Positions 35,939 to 46,560 are shown, numbered from the stretch's first letter. The stretch: DNA of 64,000 bases from an uncultured Lachnospiraceae bacterium (GCA_947631505.1 CANRLR010000011.1:12063-76062); one strand, 5' to 3'. Notes: generated from the sequence alone by a model not told the origin. Made by a program: numbers and translations.

Positions 35939-35954
35939 ACTATGCTATGAAAAT
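35939..35954 (+). repeat. Right copy of the flanking direct repeat
   Basis: ACTATGCTATGAAAAT, identical to 7203-7218, 8 bp from the GH13 stop codon. Confidence 0.85.
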
Positions 35955-35962
35955 CTCTTTCC

Positions 35963-37522
35963 CTATTCATCCACTTGAATCATACCGGCACTCTGTCCTG
36001 ACATGAACAATTTTCCATCTGACATTTTGAATGGCTCTCCCAGTGTGTAGATAACCTCTTTTGGCTGATACGGACAAATACATTCCACCTCTTTTTCAGA
36101 CGGGTTAAGTGCTATCAGAATTTTTTCAGTTCCATCTGTTCGCAAATAAACAAGAGGATAACTTTCCGGCTCACAATATACAAAACGAACTGTTCCAAAA
36201 GCAGACAATGCAGAAAATCCTTTGCGCAGCCGGCAAAGCTTTTGTATTTCTTTCCAAAGCGAATTTTCATCTCTCATTTTTGCAGATACAGTCGGTGCAT
36301 CTTCCGATAAATCCTGCGGTGTATACAATTTTTCCGTATCTGCTGTAGAAAAACCATAATTCTTCTCATTGTTCCACTGCATAGGTGTTCTGGCACCGGT
36401 ACGGTTATATCCTCCTTCCACTGACGGGAGGTCTAAATGCCGCATTCCGATTTCATCACCGTAATAGATAAAAGGTGCTCCCGGCATAGTAAGTAAAAAC
36501 GCAAACACCAGCTTTAATTCTTCCTCGTCAAGATATTGACGGATTCTCTCCATATCATGATTACCGGAAGGAATGCAGATCAAACCTTTTCCGTTGGTCA
36601 ATTCATAATTCTCCCGATAGGTTTTTACAAACTCATAGGCATTTCCTTTCCCCTCTTTACAAAAGTATGGATTCTCACAGCGAAACAAATCCATGTAATG
36701 CGATGGGCCAAAATGTAATAAAAAGTCCATGTGAAAACCTGCCATTAAAGATTTATTCGGTTCGCCCCACTCCGAAATCAGTACGGACTGAGGGTAGGAT
36801 TCATCCAAAAATTTACGAATATCCTGCCAAAGTCTAATTGTTTCTATACTTTCAGAATCATTTTTTACTAAGGAAGCTGCCATATCTACCCGGAACCCAT
36901 CACATCCTTTAGAAAGCCAAAATGCCATAATTTCCTTCATTGCCTGACGGGTAGCAAGTGCCTCTTCCGAATCTACACTGCTCTGCCATGCTTCTGTCGG
37001 GTTGGCAAAACCATAGTTCAATGCCGGCTGATTCGAGAAAAAATTTACGGCAACACTGCCGTCACGCGGATAAAGTCCACGCAGGGAACCAGTGATTCCA
37101 TCAAACTGTGCTGCATCCGTCCAAATGGAATCGGTCCATATGTATCTCCCGCTATATTCATTTTTCGTATCCTTGCATGATTCCTGAAACCAAGGATGTT
37201 CGATTGAGGTATGTCCCGGAACCAGATCAAGAATAACATGCATATCACGTGCATGTGCTTCTTCAAACAGATGCACTAAATCTTCATTGGTTCCGTACCT
37301 TGGTGCGACCAGACAGTAATCTGCCACATCATATCCGGCATCCCCAAAAGGTGACAGATAACAGGGATTGAGCCAAAGGGCATTACAGCCCAGATCACAA
37401 ATATAATCTAATTTAGCAATAATACCGGCAATATCCCCAATACCATCACCATTGCTATCATGAAAACTCTGTGGATAAATTTCATAAAAAATGCTCTGTT
37501 CTAACCAATGTTTCACAATCAT
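35963..37522 (-). CDS. GH13 alpha-amylase family glycosidase
   Basis: FYEIYPQSFHDSNGDGIGDI, DLVPGHTS, GFRVDMA, NHD, YYGDEIGM. Confidence 0.92.
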   Translation of the reverse strand: MIVKHWLEQSIFYEIYPQSFHDSNGDGIGDIAGIIAKLDYICDLGCNALWLNPCYLSPFGDAGYDVADYCLVAPRYGTNEDLVHLFEEAHARDMHVILDLVPGHTSIEHPWFQESCKDTKNEYSGRYIWTDSIWTDAAQFDGITGSLRGLYPRDGSVAVNFFSNQPALNYGFANPTEAWQSSVDSEEALATRQAMKEIMAFWLSKGCDGFRVDMAASLVKNDSESIETIRLWQDIRKFLDESYPQSVLISEWGEPNKSLMAGFHMDFLLHFGPSHYMDLFRCENPYFCKEGKGNAYEFVKTYRENYELTNGKGLICIPSGNHDMERIRQYLDEEELKLVFAFLLTMPGAPFIYYGDEIGMRHLDLPSVEGGYNRTGARTPMQWNNEKNYGFSTADTEKLYTPQDLSEDAPTVSAKMRDENSLWKEIQKLCRLRKGFSALSAFGTVRFVYCEPESYPLVYLRTDGTEKILIALNPSEKEVECICPYQPKEVIYTLGEPFKMSDGKLFMSGQSAGMIQVDE

Positions 37523-37657
37523 ATCTCCTTTACTACTTTGTTTTTCGGGAAGCCTTTTTCCATTTTCCGTAAACTTTCTTTTAACTGATTTTCCACATAT
37601 TCCACTCCTCCTTATGGTTTATTGCCCGAGTCACTAAGATTCCCATAATCTAATTTT

Positions 37658-37686
37658 ATTATAGTTGTAATACGACTATTTTTCAA
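37658..37686 (-). promoter_or_regulatory. Sigma-A promoter upstream of the GH13 gene
   Basis: TTGAAA (37686-37681), 17 nt, TATAAT (37663-37658). Confidence 0.6.
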
Positions 37687-37764
37687 TTAAAACCTTTTTT
37701 CGTTAAAAATAATAAGCGGCTGCCCATCCTGCTGCAGCCGCAAATATTTTTTGTACTCTATGCT

Positions 37765-38583
37765 TTATATCAAGTTCATCTGTGAAAAAGCATATGCCAC
37801 CCCATCTTCTTCTACGGATCTGGTAACAATATCTGCTATTTCTTTCAGTTCCTCGGTCCCATTTTCCATTACAATTCCCGTTCCGGCATATTGAATCATA
37901 TCCCAATCATTTGGTCCGTCCCCAATAGCAATGGAGTCCTTCTGTCCCATCTGCCAATAGGTTAATAGTGTTTCCATTCCGGTGGCCTTTGTCACTCCGC
38001 CCCGGTATATCTCACCCGTATACGTTCTGTCATAGCCAAAGCTCGCCCCCTGCACGGAAAAGTAATCACCAAACTTCCGCCGGATTTTTTCTTCCAGAAC
38101 AGGAACCGCAAGATCAGCATCAAAATACATCACGCTCTCCAGTGCGTCCTGCATGGCAGGCTGTTCCACTAAAGTAATACCGTTTAATACTTTTTCACCG
38201 TCAAACCCCTGCTTTGCAAAAAAGTCCATTATTTTACCGCCGTCCCGGCTCTTGGCATAACGATTATATATCCCCTGAGTCAGGGTAAATGCCTGATGCC
38301 GTTCCAAAAACTGAATCAGCTTTTTCACCTTTTCATTATCCAGCGTCTTATGGGAAATCACTTTTTCTCCGCAGCGGACATACGCTCCCGCAGAGGCAAC
38401 GATTCCGTCCCATGGCAGCTGTAGCAGCCAGGAATAAATATTACTGTAGGTCCGTCCGGTGCAAAGAACCAGCTTGTGTCCATTTGCTCCCGCCCGGTTC
38501 AGTGCATCTTTAGTTATCTCCGTTATATTCTGGTGAAAATCTACTAATGTTCCGTCAATATCTAAGAATATAACCTTACTCAT
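37765..38583 (-). CDS. Cof-type HAD-IIB hydrolase
   Basis: FLDIDGTL, CTGR, GVTKATG, IGDGPND. Confidence 0.92.
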   Translation of the reverse strand: MSKVIFLDIDGTLVDFHQNITEITKDALNRAGANGHKLVLCTGRTYSNIYSWLLQLPWDGIVASAGAYVRCGEKVISHKTLDNEKVKKLIQFLERHQAFTLTQGIYNRYAKSRDGGKIMDFFAKQGFDGEKVLNGITLVEQPAMQDALESVMYFDADLAVPVLEEKIRRKFGDYFSVQGASFGYDRTYTGEIYRGGVTKATGMETLLTYWQMGQKDSIAIGDGPNDWDMIQYAGTGIVMENGTEELKEIADIVTRSVEEDGVAYAFSQMNLI

Positions 38584-40699
38584 TTTCTTCAATGATAAAC
38601 AGGTCATCTCCTGCTTTTACACTCCCTTCTTTTAACAGACGTACACTTTGGTACTCTGTTAGTTCCGGACACAGAACAGGAGAAACTAAGGACGGAGCAT
38701 TTTTTTTCAAATACTTCAAATCAAGACGCATCAGATTCTGTCCCTTCTTGACTCTCTGCCCCTCTGCTACAAGCACATCAAAACCTTTTCCTTTCAGATT
38801 TACTGTGTCAATTCCAATATGAATCAAAAGATTCACACCTTCTTTTGTCTCAAATCCAATCGCATGTTTTGTATCAAAAATAAAGGTAACTGTACCGTCT
38901 GCCGGAGCTTTAATGAGCGAATCTTCCGGGGTCACTACAACTCCATCTCCCATCATTCCCTCTGCAAAGCCTTCATCCGGTGCCTCTGATAATGGTGCTG
39001 CCTTTCCCGTAATCGGGCTGCCGATTGTCACCGCCGGCTGCTTTTTCACTTCGGATGGTACATCCTGTTCTCTTTTCTCAATTTCTTCCAGCATCTCCTC
39101 TTCCGCGCTGTCTAAATAATCTTCGAGATTTGATTTGATCACCGACACTCTCGGTCCATAAATAATCTGAATTCCTTTTCCCTTTTGAATGACACCACTC
39201 GCTCCTGTCGCCCGCAGCACATCTTCCTTTACAAGTGCAGAATCAAAAACTGTACAGCGAAGCCTTGTGGCACAGCAGTCCACATCGGAAATATTTTTCT
39301 TACCGCCAAGTCCCATTGTAATTTCAACAGACATTTCATCCACGGTTCCCTGTTTTCCACTGCCGGATTTTTTCCCTTTGGCATCGACATCACTTCTCCG
39401 GTACAATTTTACTTCATCTGCATCTCCCCGTCCCGGTGTTTTCAAGTCAAATCGCCGAATCAGGAAACTAAAGAGGAAATAGTATACAACAAAGTATACA
39501 ATTCCAACAATCACAATCCAAATCCAATTCGTCTTAGCATTTCCCTGTAAAATTCCAAACAGGAACATATCAATAAACCCACCGGAGAAGGTCATGCCTA
39601 CACCTACGTTAAATACGTGCATAAGCATATAGGCAAGTCCTGCAAATACACAGTGCACTCCATAGAGCAGCGGTGCAACGAAAAGGAACGTAAACTCAAG
39701 CGGCTCTGTTATACCCGTGAGCATAGAAGTCAATGCTGCTGATAAAAGCAGACCACCTGCTGCCTTTTTCTTTTTCGTATCTGCCATACGATACATTGCC
39801 AGTGCTGCTCCCGGCAATCCGAAAATCATCAATGGGAATTTACCAGACATAAATCTTGTTGCCGATACCGCAAATACTTTTGTATTCGGGTCTGCCAGCT
39901 GGGCAAAAAAGATATTCTGTGCACCTTCTATCATCTGTCCTGCCACTTCCATACTTCCACCGACTCCGGTCTGCCAGAACGGCAGATAGAACACATGGTG
40001 AAGTCCGAACGGAATCAACAGACGTTCCATAAAGCCATACACCCAAGTACCGGCATATCCCGAATTCAAGACAATATTTCCCACTGCATAGATTCCTCTC
40101 TGAATTGGCGGCCAGATAAAAAACATCAGAATTCCTACTCCGGTAAACACCAACGCTGATACAATCGGCACGAACCGGCTTCCTCCGAAGAAAGAAAGCA
40201 CCTGCGGCAATTCGATTTTATAGAATCGATTGTGCAGAGCCGCCACGCCTAGACCTACAATAATACCGCCAAAAACGCCCATTTGCAACGAGGTAATTCC
40301 ACAGACATCTGTCACTGCCCCCTCCAGCATGGCATCTGAGCCGCCATTTACGGTAATCATAGCGTTGATGGCTGCATGCATGATAAAAAAGGCAATGGCA
40401 GCAGCCAATGCCGCAACTTCCTTTTCCCTTTTTGCCATTCCTATTGCAACTCCAATTGCAAAAATAATAGGAAGATTCGCAAAAACAATATTTCCTGCTT
40501 CCCGCATTACTTCAAACACAACGTATAGAACCGTTCCCGGTCCCATAACATTCAATAACCCATACGTCTTCAACATGGTTTCATTGGTAAACGAACCGCC
40601 AATCCCCAGTAACAATCCCGCTACCGGTAAAATGGCAATCGGTAACATAAACGAACGTCCTACCCTTTGGAGAACGCCAAAGATTCCATCTTTCATCAT
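38576..40699 (-). CDS. PTS glucose-family transporter EIICBA
   Basis: LQRVGRSFMLPIAILPVAG, GITEPLEF, DCCATRLR (EIIB), LIHIGIDTV (EIIA). Confidence 0.93.
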   Translation of the reverse strand: MMKDGIFGVLQRVGRSFMLPIAILPVAGLLLGIGGSFTNETMLKTYGLLNVMGPGTVLYVVFEVMREAGNIVFANLPIIFAIGVAIGMAKREKEVAALAAAIAFFIMHAAINAMITVNGGSDAMLEGAVTDVCGITSLQMGVFGGIIVGLGVAALHNRFYKIELPQVLSFFGGSRFVPIVSALVFTGVGILMFFIWPPIQRGIYAVGNIVLNSGYAGTWVYGFMERLLIPFGLHHVFYLPFWQTGVGGSMEVAGQMIEGAQNIFFAQLADPNTKVFAVSATRFMSGKFPLMIFGLPGAALAMYRMADTKKKKAAGGLLLSAALTSMLTGITEPLEFTFLFVAPLLYGVHCVFAGLAYMLMHVFNVGVGMTFSGGFIDMFLFGILQGNAKTNWIWIVIVGIVYFVVYYFLFSFLIRRFDLKTPGRGDADEVKLYRRSDVDAKGKKSGSGKQGTVDEMSVEITMGLGGKKNISDVDCCATRLRCTVFDSALVKEDVLRATGASGVIQKGKGIQIIYGPRVSVIKSNLEDYLDSAEEEMLEEIEKREQDVPSEVKKQPAVTIGSPITGKAAPLSEAPDEGFAEGMMGDGVVVTPEDSLIKAPADGTVTFIFDTKHAIGFETKEGVNLLIHIGIDTVNLKGKGFDVLVAEGQRVKKGQNLMRLDLKYLKKNAPSLVSPVLCPELTEYQSVRLLKEGSVKAGDDLFIIEENE

Positions 40700-40836
40700 A
40701 AGCCTCCATTCTTTGTAAACGACACAAAAAGTGCGAATACACATATATAGATTAATATGCATAAAACGCACTTTTTTTATTCAAAAATGAATATATACTT
40801 TTTTTACAAAGAAAATTACGCTTCTCACATCATTCT

Positions 40837-42306
40837 TTATGCCAGCCTTGCCAGAGCATTGGCTACTGCTTCCCGCTCGCTATAATGATGTTTCACCCCT
40901 TGAATCTCCTGATACTCCTCATGACCCTTTCCGAGAAGAATAATCATATCTCCATCCTCAGCATGTTCTACCGCATAGTTCACCGCCTCCTGACGGTCTG
41001 GAATTACCACATATTCTCCCTTTGTCTTTGCCAGTCCGACCTTAATATCTTCAATAATGTTCATCACATCTTCCGTTCTTGGATTATCACTGGTCACAAT
41101 CGCGAGGTCTGCCAATTTCCCAACTGCTTCCCCCATTTCATAACGGCGGAGCTTACTTCTGTTTCCACCACATCCAAAAATCGCAATAATACGTCCCGGA
41201 TTATATCCTCTTAAAGTCTTTAACACACTTTCCGTGCTTACCCCGTTATGAGCAAAATCAATCAGTACAGAAAAACCTCTTCCTGTCGGTACATTTTCCA
41301 CACGGCCACGAACCTCAACATGCTCTAACGCATGAAGAATGACCTCTCGCGGCATACCCAGCAGGGCACCTACGCAGGCCGCACACATTCCATTATAAAT
41401 GTTGAACTTCCCCGGTAAACCAACAATAACATCCCCATCCAAAATTCCAGAAGCATGAAATTTCATGGACAGATCCCCGTCACGATTTATATGTTCTATA
41501 TTGGTTGCCACCATATCTGCCTCTGCTGTTCCAAAGGTTTTTATCTCACAGGTAGCCTCTTTCACAATATCCGTCCAGTGTTCATCATCTGCATTAACAA
41601 TACCGACTTTACACATTTGAAACAATTTACTTTTACACATCAAATATTCGTCAAAATCTTTGTGCTCATTCGGTCCGATGTGGTCAGGAGAAATATTGGT
41701 AAATACACCATAATCAAATTCCAGCCCTGCTACACGGTCCATTTTCACACCTTGGGAACTTACTTCCATCACCATATATTCACAACCGGCCTCTACCATA
41801 TCGTGAAAATACTTCTGTAGATCATAGGATTCCGGCGTGGTATGCTCTGTCGGTGTTACCTTTCCCTTAATCGCTACCCCGATCGTTCCGACAATGCCAC
41901 AAGTTCTGCCGGATTTTTCAATAATGTCACGGACCATGTAAGTCGTGGTCGATTTTCCCTTTGTTCCCGTAATTCCAATGGATATCATTTTTGCTGCCGG
42001 ATAATCAAAATAAGCTGCCGACATTCTGCTTAATGCCGCACGACCATTGTCCACCTTCACAACGGTCACCTCTTGATTCGCAATTTCAACCTCCTTTTCC
42101 ACCACTACAACAGAGGCTCCTCTTTCAATGACATCCGGGATGAATTTGTGACCATCCACCACCGTTCCCGCAATCGCCATAAAAAGCATACCTTCGGTCA
42201 CTTTTCTGGAATCATAGGCAATATCTGTCACCTCAGTATCCAAACTTCCCTGTACCAGCTCATAATCCAGCTTTTCCAATAATTTTTTCAGTTTTACTGC
42301 CGCCAT
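40837..42306 (-). CDS. murE: UDP-N-acetylmuramoyl-dipeptide--diaminopimelate ligase
   Basis: GITGTKGKSTT, HTTPES, MEVSSQG, GCGGNR, TSDNPRTED. Confidence 0.93.
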   Translation of the reverse strand: MAAVKLKKLLEKLDYELVQGSLDTEVTDIAYDSRKVTEGMLFMAIAGTVVDGHKFIPDVIERGASVVVVEKEVEIANQEVTVVKVDNGRAALSRMSAAYFDYPAAKMISIGITGTKGKSTTTYMVRDIIEKSGRTCGIVGTIGVAIKGKVTPTEHTTPESYDLQKYFHDMVEAGCEYMVMEVSSQGVKMDRVAGLEFDYGVFTNISPDHIGPNEHKDFDEYLMCKSKLFQMCKVGIVNADDEHWTDIVKEATCEIKTFGTAEADMVATNIEHINRDGDLSMKFHASGILDGDVIVGLPGKFNIYNGMCAACVGALLGMPREVILHALEHVEVRGRVENVPTGRGFSVLIDFAHNGVSTESVLKTLRGYNPGRIIAIFGCGGNRSKLRRYEMGEAVGKLADLAIVTSDNPRTEDVMNIIEDIKVGLAKTKGEYVVIPDRQEAVNYAVEHAEDGDMIILLGKGHEEYQEIQGVKHHYSEREAVANALARLA

Positions 42307-42322
42307 ACCTCACACCTCCATA

Positions 42323-43117
42323 TTAGATTATATTATATTTCTTTAATGCATGTTCTATACCGTCTTCCGACACTCCGGTCGTCACATAATCAACCTGTGA
42401 AAAAAGTGCCGGATCCCCATTTCCCATTGCAATACTGATTCCGGTGTACTGTAACATTGCCAAATCATTCGTGCTGTCTCCCACGCCTATTGTATGGGCT
42501 CTGTCAATTCCGGTCGTTCGGCAGAGCAGTTCGATTCCGGTTGCCTTAGAATACTCCTTTGGAACAATCTCATAAAAATCAGGAGCTCTGCGGATAAATT
42601 CAAAATCCTTTTCGTACTTTGCCTTAAAGCCATCTACATCTCCGGTCTCATCGAACCACAGGGTAAACTTGTCATAGGCCAGCTCTTTTTCTTCCTGAAA
42701 AATACGCTGGCAGTCCCCTCCAAAGAACTTTCCATTATCCTCATATATTTGATGTATCACCGGAAGGAACCGGTCTTTGCTGAAATAGCAGTATTCATCA
42801 CCTTCCAGCACGCCGTCTACATGGTACTTTACCATATCCTCAGCAATCTGACGCTGAAGATTCTGTTCTAATTTGGCATGAAGAATCTTTTCTCCCTTGT
42901 AATAAACGGAAGTTCCACAACCGGCCACCATACCGTCAAATCCGATATCAACAATTTCCTTTGGCCAGATTGCTTTACAGCGTCCCGTGCAAAGAAAAAT
43001 CATATGTCCCTTTTCTTTTGCTTCCTGCAATGCACGAACGGTACTTGCAGGAACAATGCCGCTGTCATTATCGAGCAGTGTGCCATCAATATCAAAAAAA
43101 ATCATATATTGTTCCAA
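42323..43117 (-). CDS. Cof-type HAD-IIB hydrolase
   Basis: FFDIDGTL, CTGR, SKATGI, VGDSTND. Confidence 0.92.
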   Translation of the reverse strand: MEQYMIFFDIDGTLLDNDSGIVPASTVRALQEAKEKGHMIFLCTGRCKAIWPKEIVDIGFDGMVAGCGTSVYYKGEKILHAKLEQNLQRQIAEDMVKYHVDGVLEGDEYCYFSKDRFLPVIHQIYEDNGKFFGGDCQRIFQEEKELAYDKFTLWFDETGDVDGFKAKYEKDFEFIRRAPDFYEIVPKEYSKATGIELLCRTTGIDRAHTIGVGDSTNDLAMLQYTGISIAMGNGDPALFSQVDYVTTGVSEDGIEHALKKYNII

Positions 43118-43119
43118 TT

Positions 43120-44496
43120 TTAATCCCTGTCCTCTATATCTTTAAATTCTGTATGTTGTCCCACATATTTATATGCCGGACGAATTATTTTCCCTTTGTT
43201 AACGAGCTCTTCCAAACGATGAGCACTCCAGCCGGAAATACGTGCAATCGCAAAAATCGGTGTGAGCAGCTCCCTTGGAATACCGAGCATACTGTACACA
43301 AAACCGCTGTAAAAATCTACATTGGCACAAACCGGCTTAAAACGAAGGTGTTTTTTCATAATTAAATCCTTTGACAGTTCTTCTACCGTTTCATATAAAC
43401 GAAACTCCTCCATCAGCCCTTTCTCTTCTGAAAGTTTTCTCGCATATTTTTTCAAAATCACTTCCCTCGGGTCGGATATCGTATAAACGGCATGCCCCAT
43501 TCCATAGATAAGTCCTGCGCCATCAAAGGCTTCCCGGTCAAGAATCTTTTCCAAATATGCTTCAATCTGTTCTCTGTCTTCCCAGTTTTTACAATGTTCC
43601 TTTATATCATCAAACATCTGTAAGACCTTCAGGTTTGCTCCGCCATGGCGAGGTCCTTTTAGAGAGGCAATGGCTGCTGATGTGGCAGAATAGGTATCTG
43701 TTCCCGAAGAAGTTACAACATGATTGGTAAAGGTCGAGTTATTGCCGCCACCATGCTCGGCATGAATGACAAGTGCAATATCTAATACCTTTGCCTCTAA
43801 CTCTGTAAACTCCCCATTCTGTCTTACCATCTGCAAAATATTTTCTGCAATAGATAAAGACGAGTCAGGAGTCCGAATGTATAGATTCTCATCAAATTTA
43901 AAATGACGGTATGAGAGATAGGCATACACAGCAATCATTGGCAGTTTTCCAATTAACTGCAGGGACTGGCGCAGCACATTGGACACCGAGGTATCATCTG
44001 GATTTTCATCATAGGAATACAAGGTCAGCACACTCTTTTGCAGCGCATTCATAATGTTTTCACTCGGTGCTTTCATGATAACATCCCGGACGAACTGACC
44101 GGACAATTCCTGCAGACTAGTAAGTATCTCCTCAAAATTTGCAAGCTGCCCACGATTTGGCAGCTGACCGAACAACAACAAATATGTAGTTTCCTCAAAG
44201 GCAAAACGACGCTTCTCATAACTTGCTACCAGGTCCATCACATTGTTCCCCTGATAGTACAATTCCCCATCACAGGGCACCTTCTTCCCTTCTTTGGTCT
44301 TATACCCTACCACATCGGATATCTCCGTAAGTCCTGCTAATACACCCTTTCCACTGGCATCACGAAGTCCTCTTTTTACGTCATATTCTGTATATAAATT
44401 CAGGTCAATGACACTGGAAGTCAGGCAGCTGTTTACAAGTTCATCAAATTTTCCATTTAAAACCTCTCCCAGTTCCATCATGGATTGATTGTTCAT
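43120..44496 (-). CDS. gltA: Citrate (or 2-methylcitrate) synthase
   Basis: HAEHGGGNNSTFT, GPRHGGAN, YGMGHAVY..SDPR, ANVDFYSG. Confidence 0.9.
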   Translation of the reverse strand: MNNQSMMELGEVLNGKFDELVNSCLTSSVIDLNLYTEYDVKRGLRDASGKGVLAGLTEISDVVGYKTKEGKKVPCDGELYYQGNNVMDLVASYEKRRFAFEETTYLLLFGQLPNRGQLANFEEILTSLQELSGQFVRDVIMKAPSENIMNALQKSVLTLYSYDENPDDTSVSNVLRQSLQLIGKLPMIAVYAYLSYRHFKFDENLYIRTPDSSLSIAENILQMVRQNGEFTELEAKVLDIALVIHAEHGGGNNSTFTNHVVTSSGTDTYSATSAAIASLKGPRHGGANLKVLQMFDDIKEHCKNWEDREQIEAYLEKILDREAFDGAGLIYGMGHAVYTISDPREVILKKYARKLSEEKGLMEEFRLYETVEELSKDLIMKKHLRFKPVCANVDFYSGFVYSMLGIPRELLTPIFAIARISGWSAHRLEELVNKGKIIRPAYKYVGQHTEFKDIEDRD

Positions 44497-44657
44497 TCCA
44501 ATTTCTCCTTTCCTGTTCCATTTTCTTAGGCACTAATTCAAAAGAGGATAGAACCTTTGTCCGGTTCCGTCCTCTCTGACATTTGATTATTCATTATACA
44601 ACACTTTTATGCAAAATGCAAATTCGGGCAATCAGGGACATACTACAAAATCCCTTT

Positions 44658-46526
44658 CTATTTTGTTTTTAACGCACGCATGGAATTTAAAATAGCAATA
44701 ACAGAAACTCCTACATCCGCAAAAACTGCTTCCCACATGTTTGCCACACCAAATGCACCCATGAGTAAAACAATCGCTTTTACTCCTAAGGCGAATATAA
44801 TATTTTGCTTTACAATACGAAGTGTTTTGCGGGAAATTCGTACAACAGAAGAAATCTTTCGGATATCATCATCCATCAGCACAACATCCGCCGCTTCTAT
44901 GGCAGCATCTGAGCCAAGACTTCCCATAGCGATCCCCACATCTGCTCTCGTAAGTACCGGTGCATCGTTGATGCCATCTCCGGCAAATCCAAGACGCTTC
45001 CCATCCTTTTGGGCCTCTAGCAGCCGCTCTACCTGTGACACTTTATCCCCCGGTAAAAGCTCCGCATAGACTTCATCCAGCATTAATTCTTTTGCCACAT
45101 ACTCTGCTGCTTCCTTTCGGTCTCCGGTCAGCATAACACATTTTTTTACCCCCACTTCCTTCATCTGCGAAATGGCTTCCTTGGCTCCTTCTTTTATGCG
45201 GTCCGAGATGAGAATCGAACCGGCAAAGTTATTTTCAACAGCCACATAAACAGTGGTTCCCATTTCCCCGCATGGCACATAAGAAATATTCTTTGATTTC
45301 ATCAATTTCTCATTGCCAATATATACTTTCTTTCCCTCTACGGAAATTTCGATTCCTTGCCCGGCAATTTCTTCTGCCTCTGACACTTTTGTCATGTCAA
45401 TACTCTTGCCGTATGACTCCTTAATAGAGTTTGCAATCGGATGAGTGGAATAACTTTCTGCATACGCCGCCAATCTCAACAGCCCCTCTTCCGTCATAAG
45501 AACCGGCGAGACCTTGGTCACCTTAAATTCACCTTTTGTCAGCGTTCCTGTCTTATCAAAAACAATGGTATCCATCTCTGCCACCGCTTCTAAAAAATTA
45601 CTTCCCTTCACCAGCACGCCGAGCTTTGATGCCGCTCCGATTCCGCCAAAAAATCCGAGCGGCACAGAAATTACAAGGGCACAAGGACAGGAGATAACAA
45701 GGAAAATACAAGCTCTCTGAATCCAATCTGCCCAGCCCCCGCCAAGAATCAGCGGCGGTATAACGGCTAACAGGGCAGCACCGATTGTCACGACCGGGGT
45801 ATAATACTTGGCAAAGCGCGTAATAAAATTCTCCACCTTCGCTTTTTTACTGCTGGCATTCTCCACCAGTTCCAGAATTTTGGCCACCGTTGAATCATCA
45901 AATTCTTTTGTAACACGGACCTTCAGTGTCCCGCCCCCATTGACACATCCGCTAATAATTTCATCTCCGGCAGCAGCCTTCCTTGGAACGGATTCCCCTG
46001 TCAGTGCAGCTGTATCAATGAGAGATTCCCCCTCCAATACGACACCATCCAACGGAATTCTTTCTCCCGGCTTAATAACTATAACATTTCCGACTTCCAC
46101 ATCATCCGGCTCTACTTCAATCAGTTCACCGTCCCTTTCAATGTTAGCGTATTCCGGGCAAATATCCATCATCTGTGTAATGGACTGTCGGGACTTACCA
46201 ACGGCATATCCCTGAAACAATTCTCCGATCTGATAAAATAACATGACTGCTACCGCTTCCGAATACTCCCCTACCCCAAATGCACCAAAGGTAGCAATCA
46301 TCATCAAAAAGTTTTCATCGAAAATCTGTCCATGGCAAATATTTCTTGCTGCTTTATATACAATATCATAGCCGATTATAAGATAAGGAATGACATAGAT
46401 GCCAAAGAGCCATCCTGTCCCCTCCAGTGCATTGAATATTCCCATATGCTCTGTTATCATCAAGGCAATAAATACAATAAATGTAAAAATAATTCTGAAC
46501 AACATGCTTTTTTGTTTCTTTGTCAC
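44658..46526 (-). CDS. cadA: Zn/Cd-translocating P1B-type ATPase
   Basis: TGES, SCPC, DKTGTLT, GDGINDAP. Confidence 0.92.
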   Translation of the reverse strand: MTKKQKSMLFRIIFTFIVFIALMITEHMGIFNALEGTGWLFGIYVIPYLIIGYDIVYKAARNICHGQIFDENFLMMIATFGAFGVGEYSEAVAVMLFYQIGELFQGYAVGKSRQSITQMMDICPEYANIERDGELIEVEPDDVEVGNVIVIKPGERIPLDGVVLEGESLIDTAALTGESVPRKAAAGDEIISGCVNGGGTLKVRVTKEFDDSTVAKILELVENASSKKAKVENFITRFAKYYTPVVTIGAALLAVIPPLILGGGWADWIQRACIFLVISCPCALVISVPLGFFGGIGAASKLGVLVKGSNFLEAVAEMDTIVFDKTGTLTKGEFKVTKVSPVLMTEEGLLRLAAYAESYSTHPIANSIKESYGKSIDMTKVSEAEEIAGQGIEISVEGKKVYIGNEKLMKSKNISYVPCGEMGTTVYVAVENNFAGSILISDRIKEGAKEAISQMKEVGVKKCVMLTGDRKEAAEYVAKELMLDEVYAELLPGDKVSQVERLLEAQKDGKRLGFAGDGINDAPVLTRADVGIAMGSLGSDAAIEAADVVLMDDDIRKISSVVRISRKTLRIVKQNIIFALGVKAIVLLMGAFGVANMWEAVFADVGVSVIAILNSMRALKTK

Positions 46527-46560
46527 AAAATCCCTCCATTCTGTTTTCTACTTTTGTAGA

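Larger units (their letters stand above)
7218..35939 (-). mobile_element. ~28.7-kb integrative conjugative element with an IS30-family DDE transposase as its only recognisable recombinase
   Basis: Co-oriented T4SS, relaxase, rep and par genes; flanking 14-16 bp direct repeat; TG...CA ends; shared subterminal motifs; no Tyr or Ser integrase recognised. Confidence 0.85.

Noticed and set aside
40726-40778. BglG/GlcT RAT antiterminator upstream of the PTS gene
   Set aside because: Only an AAAAAGTGCG/CGCACTTTTT inverted repeat is present. I see no RAT consensus and no antiterminator gene nearby, so it is more likely the murE terminator.
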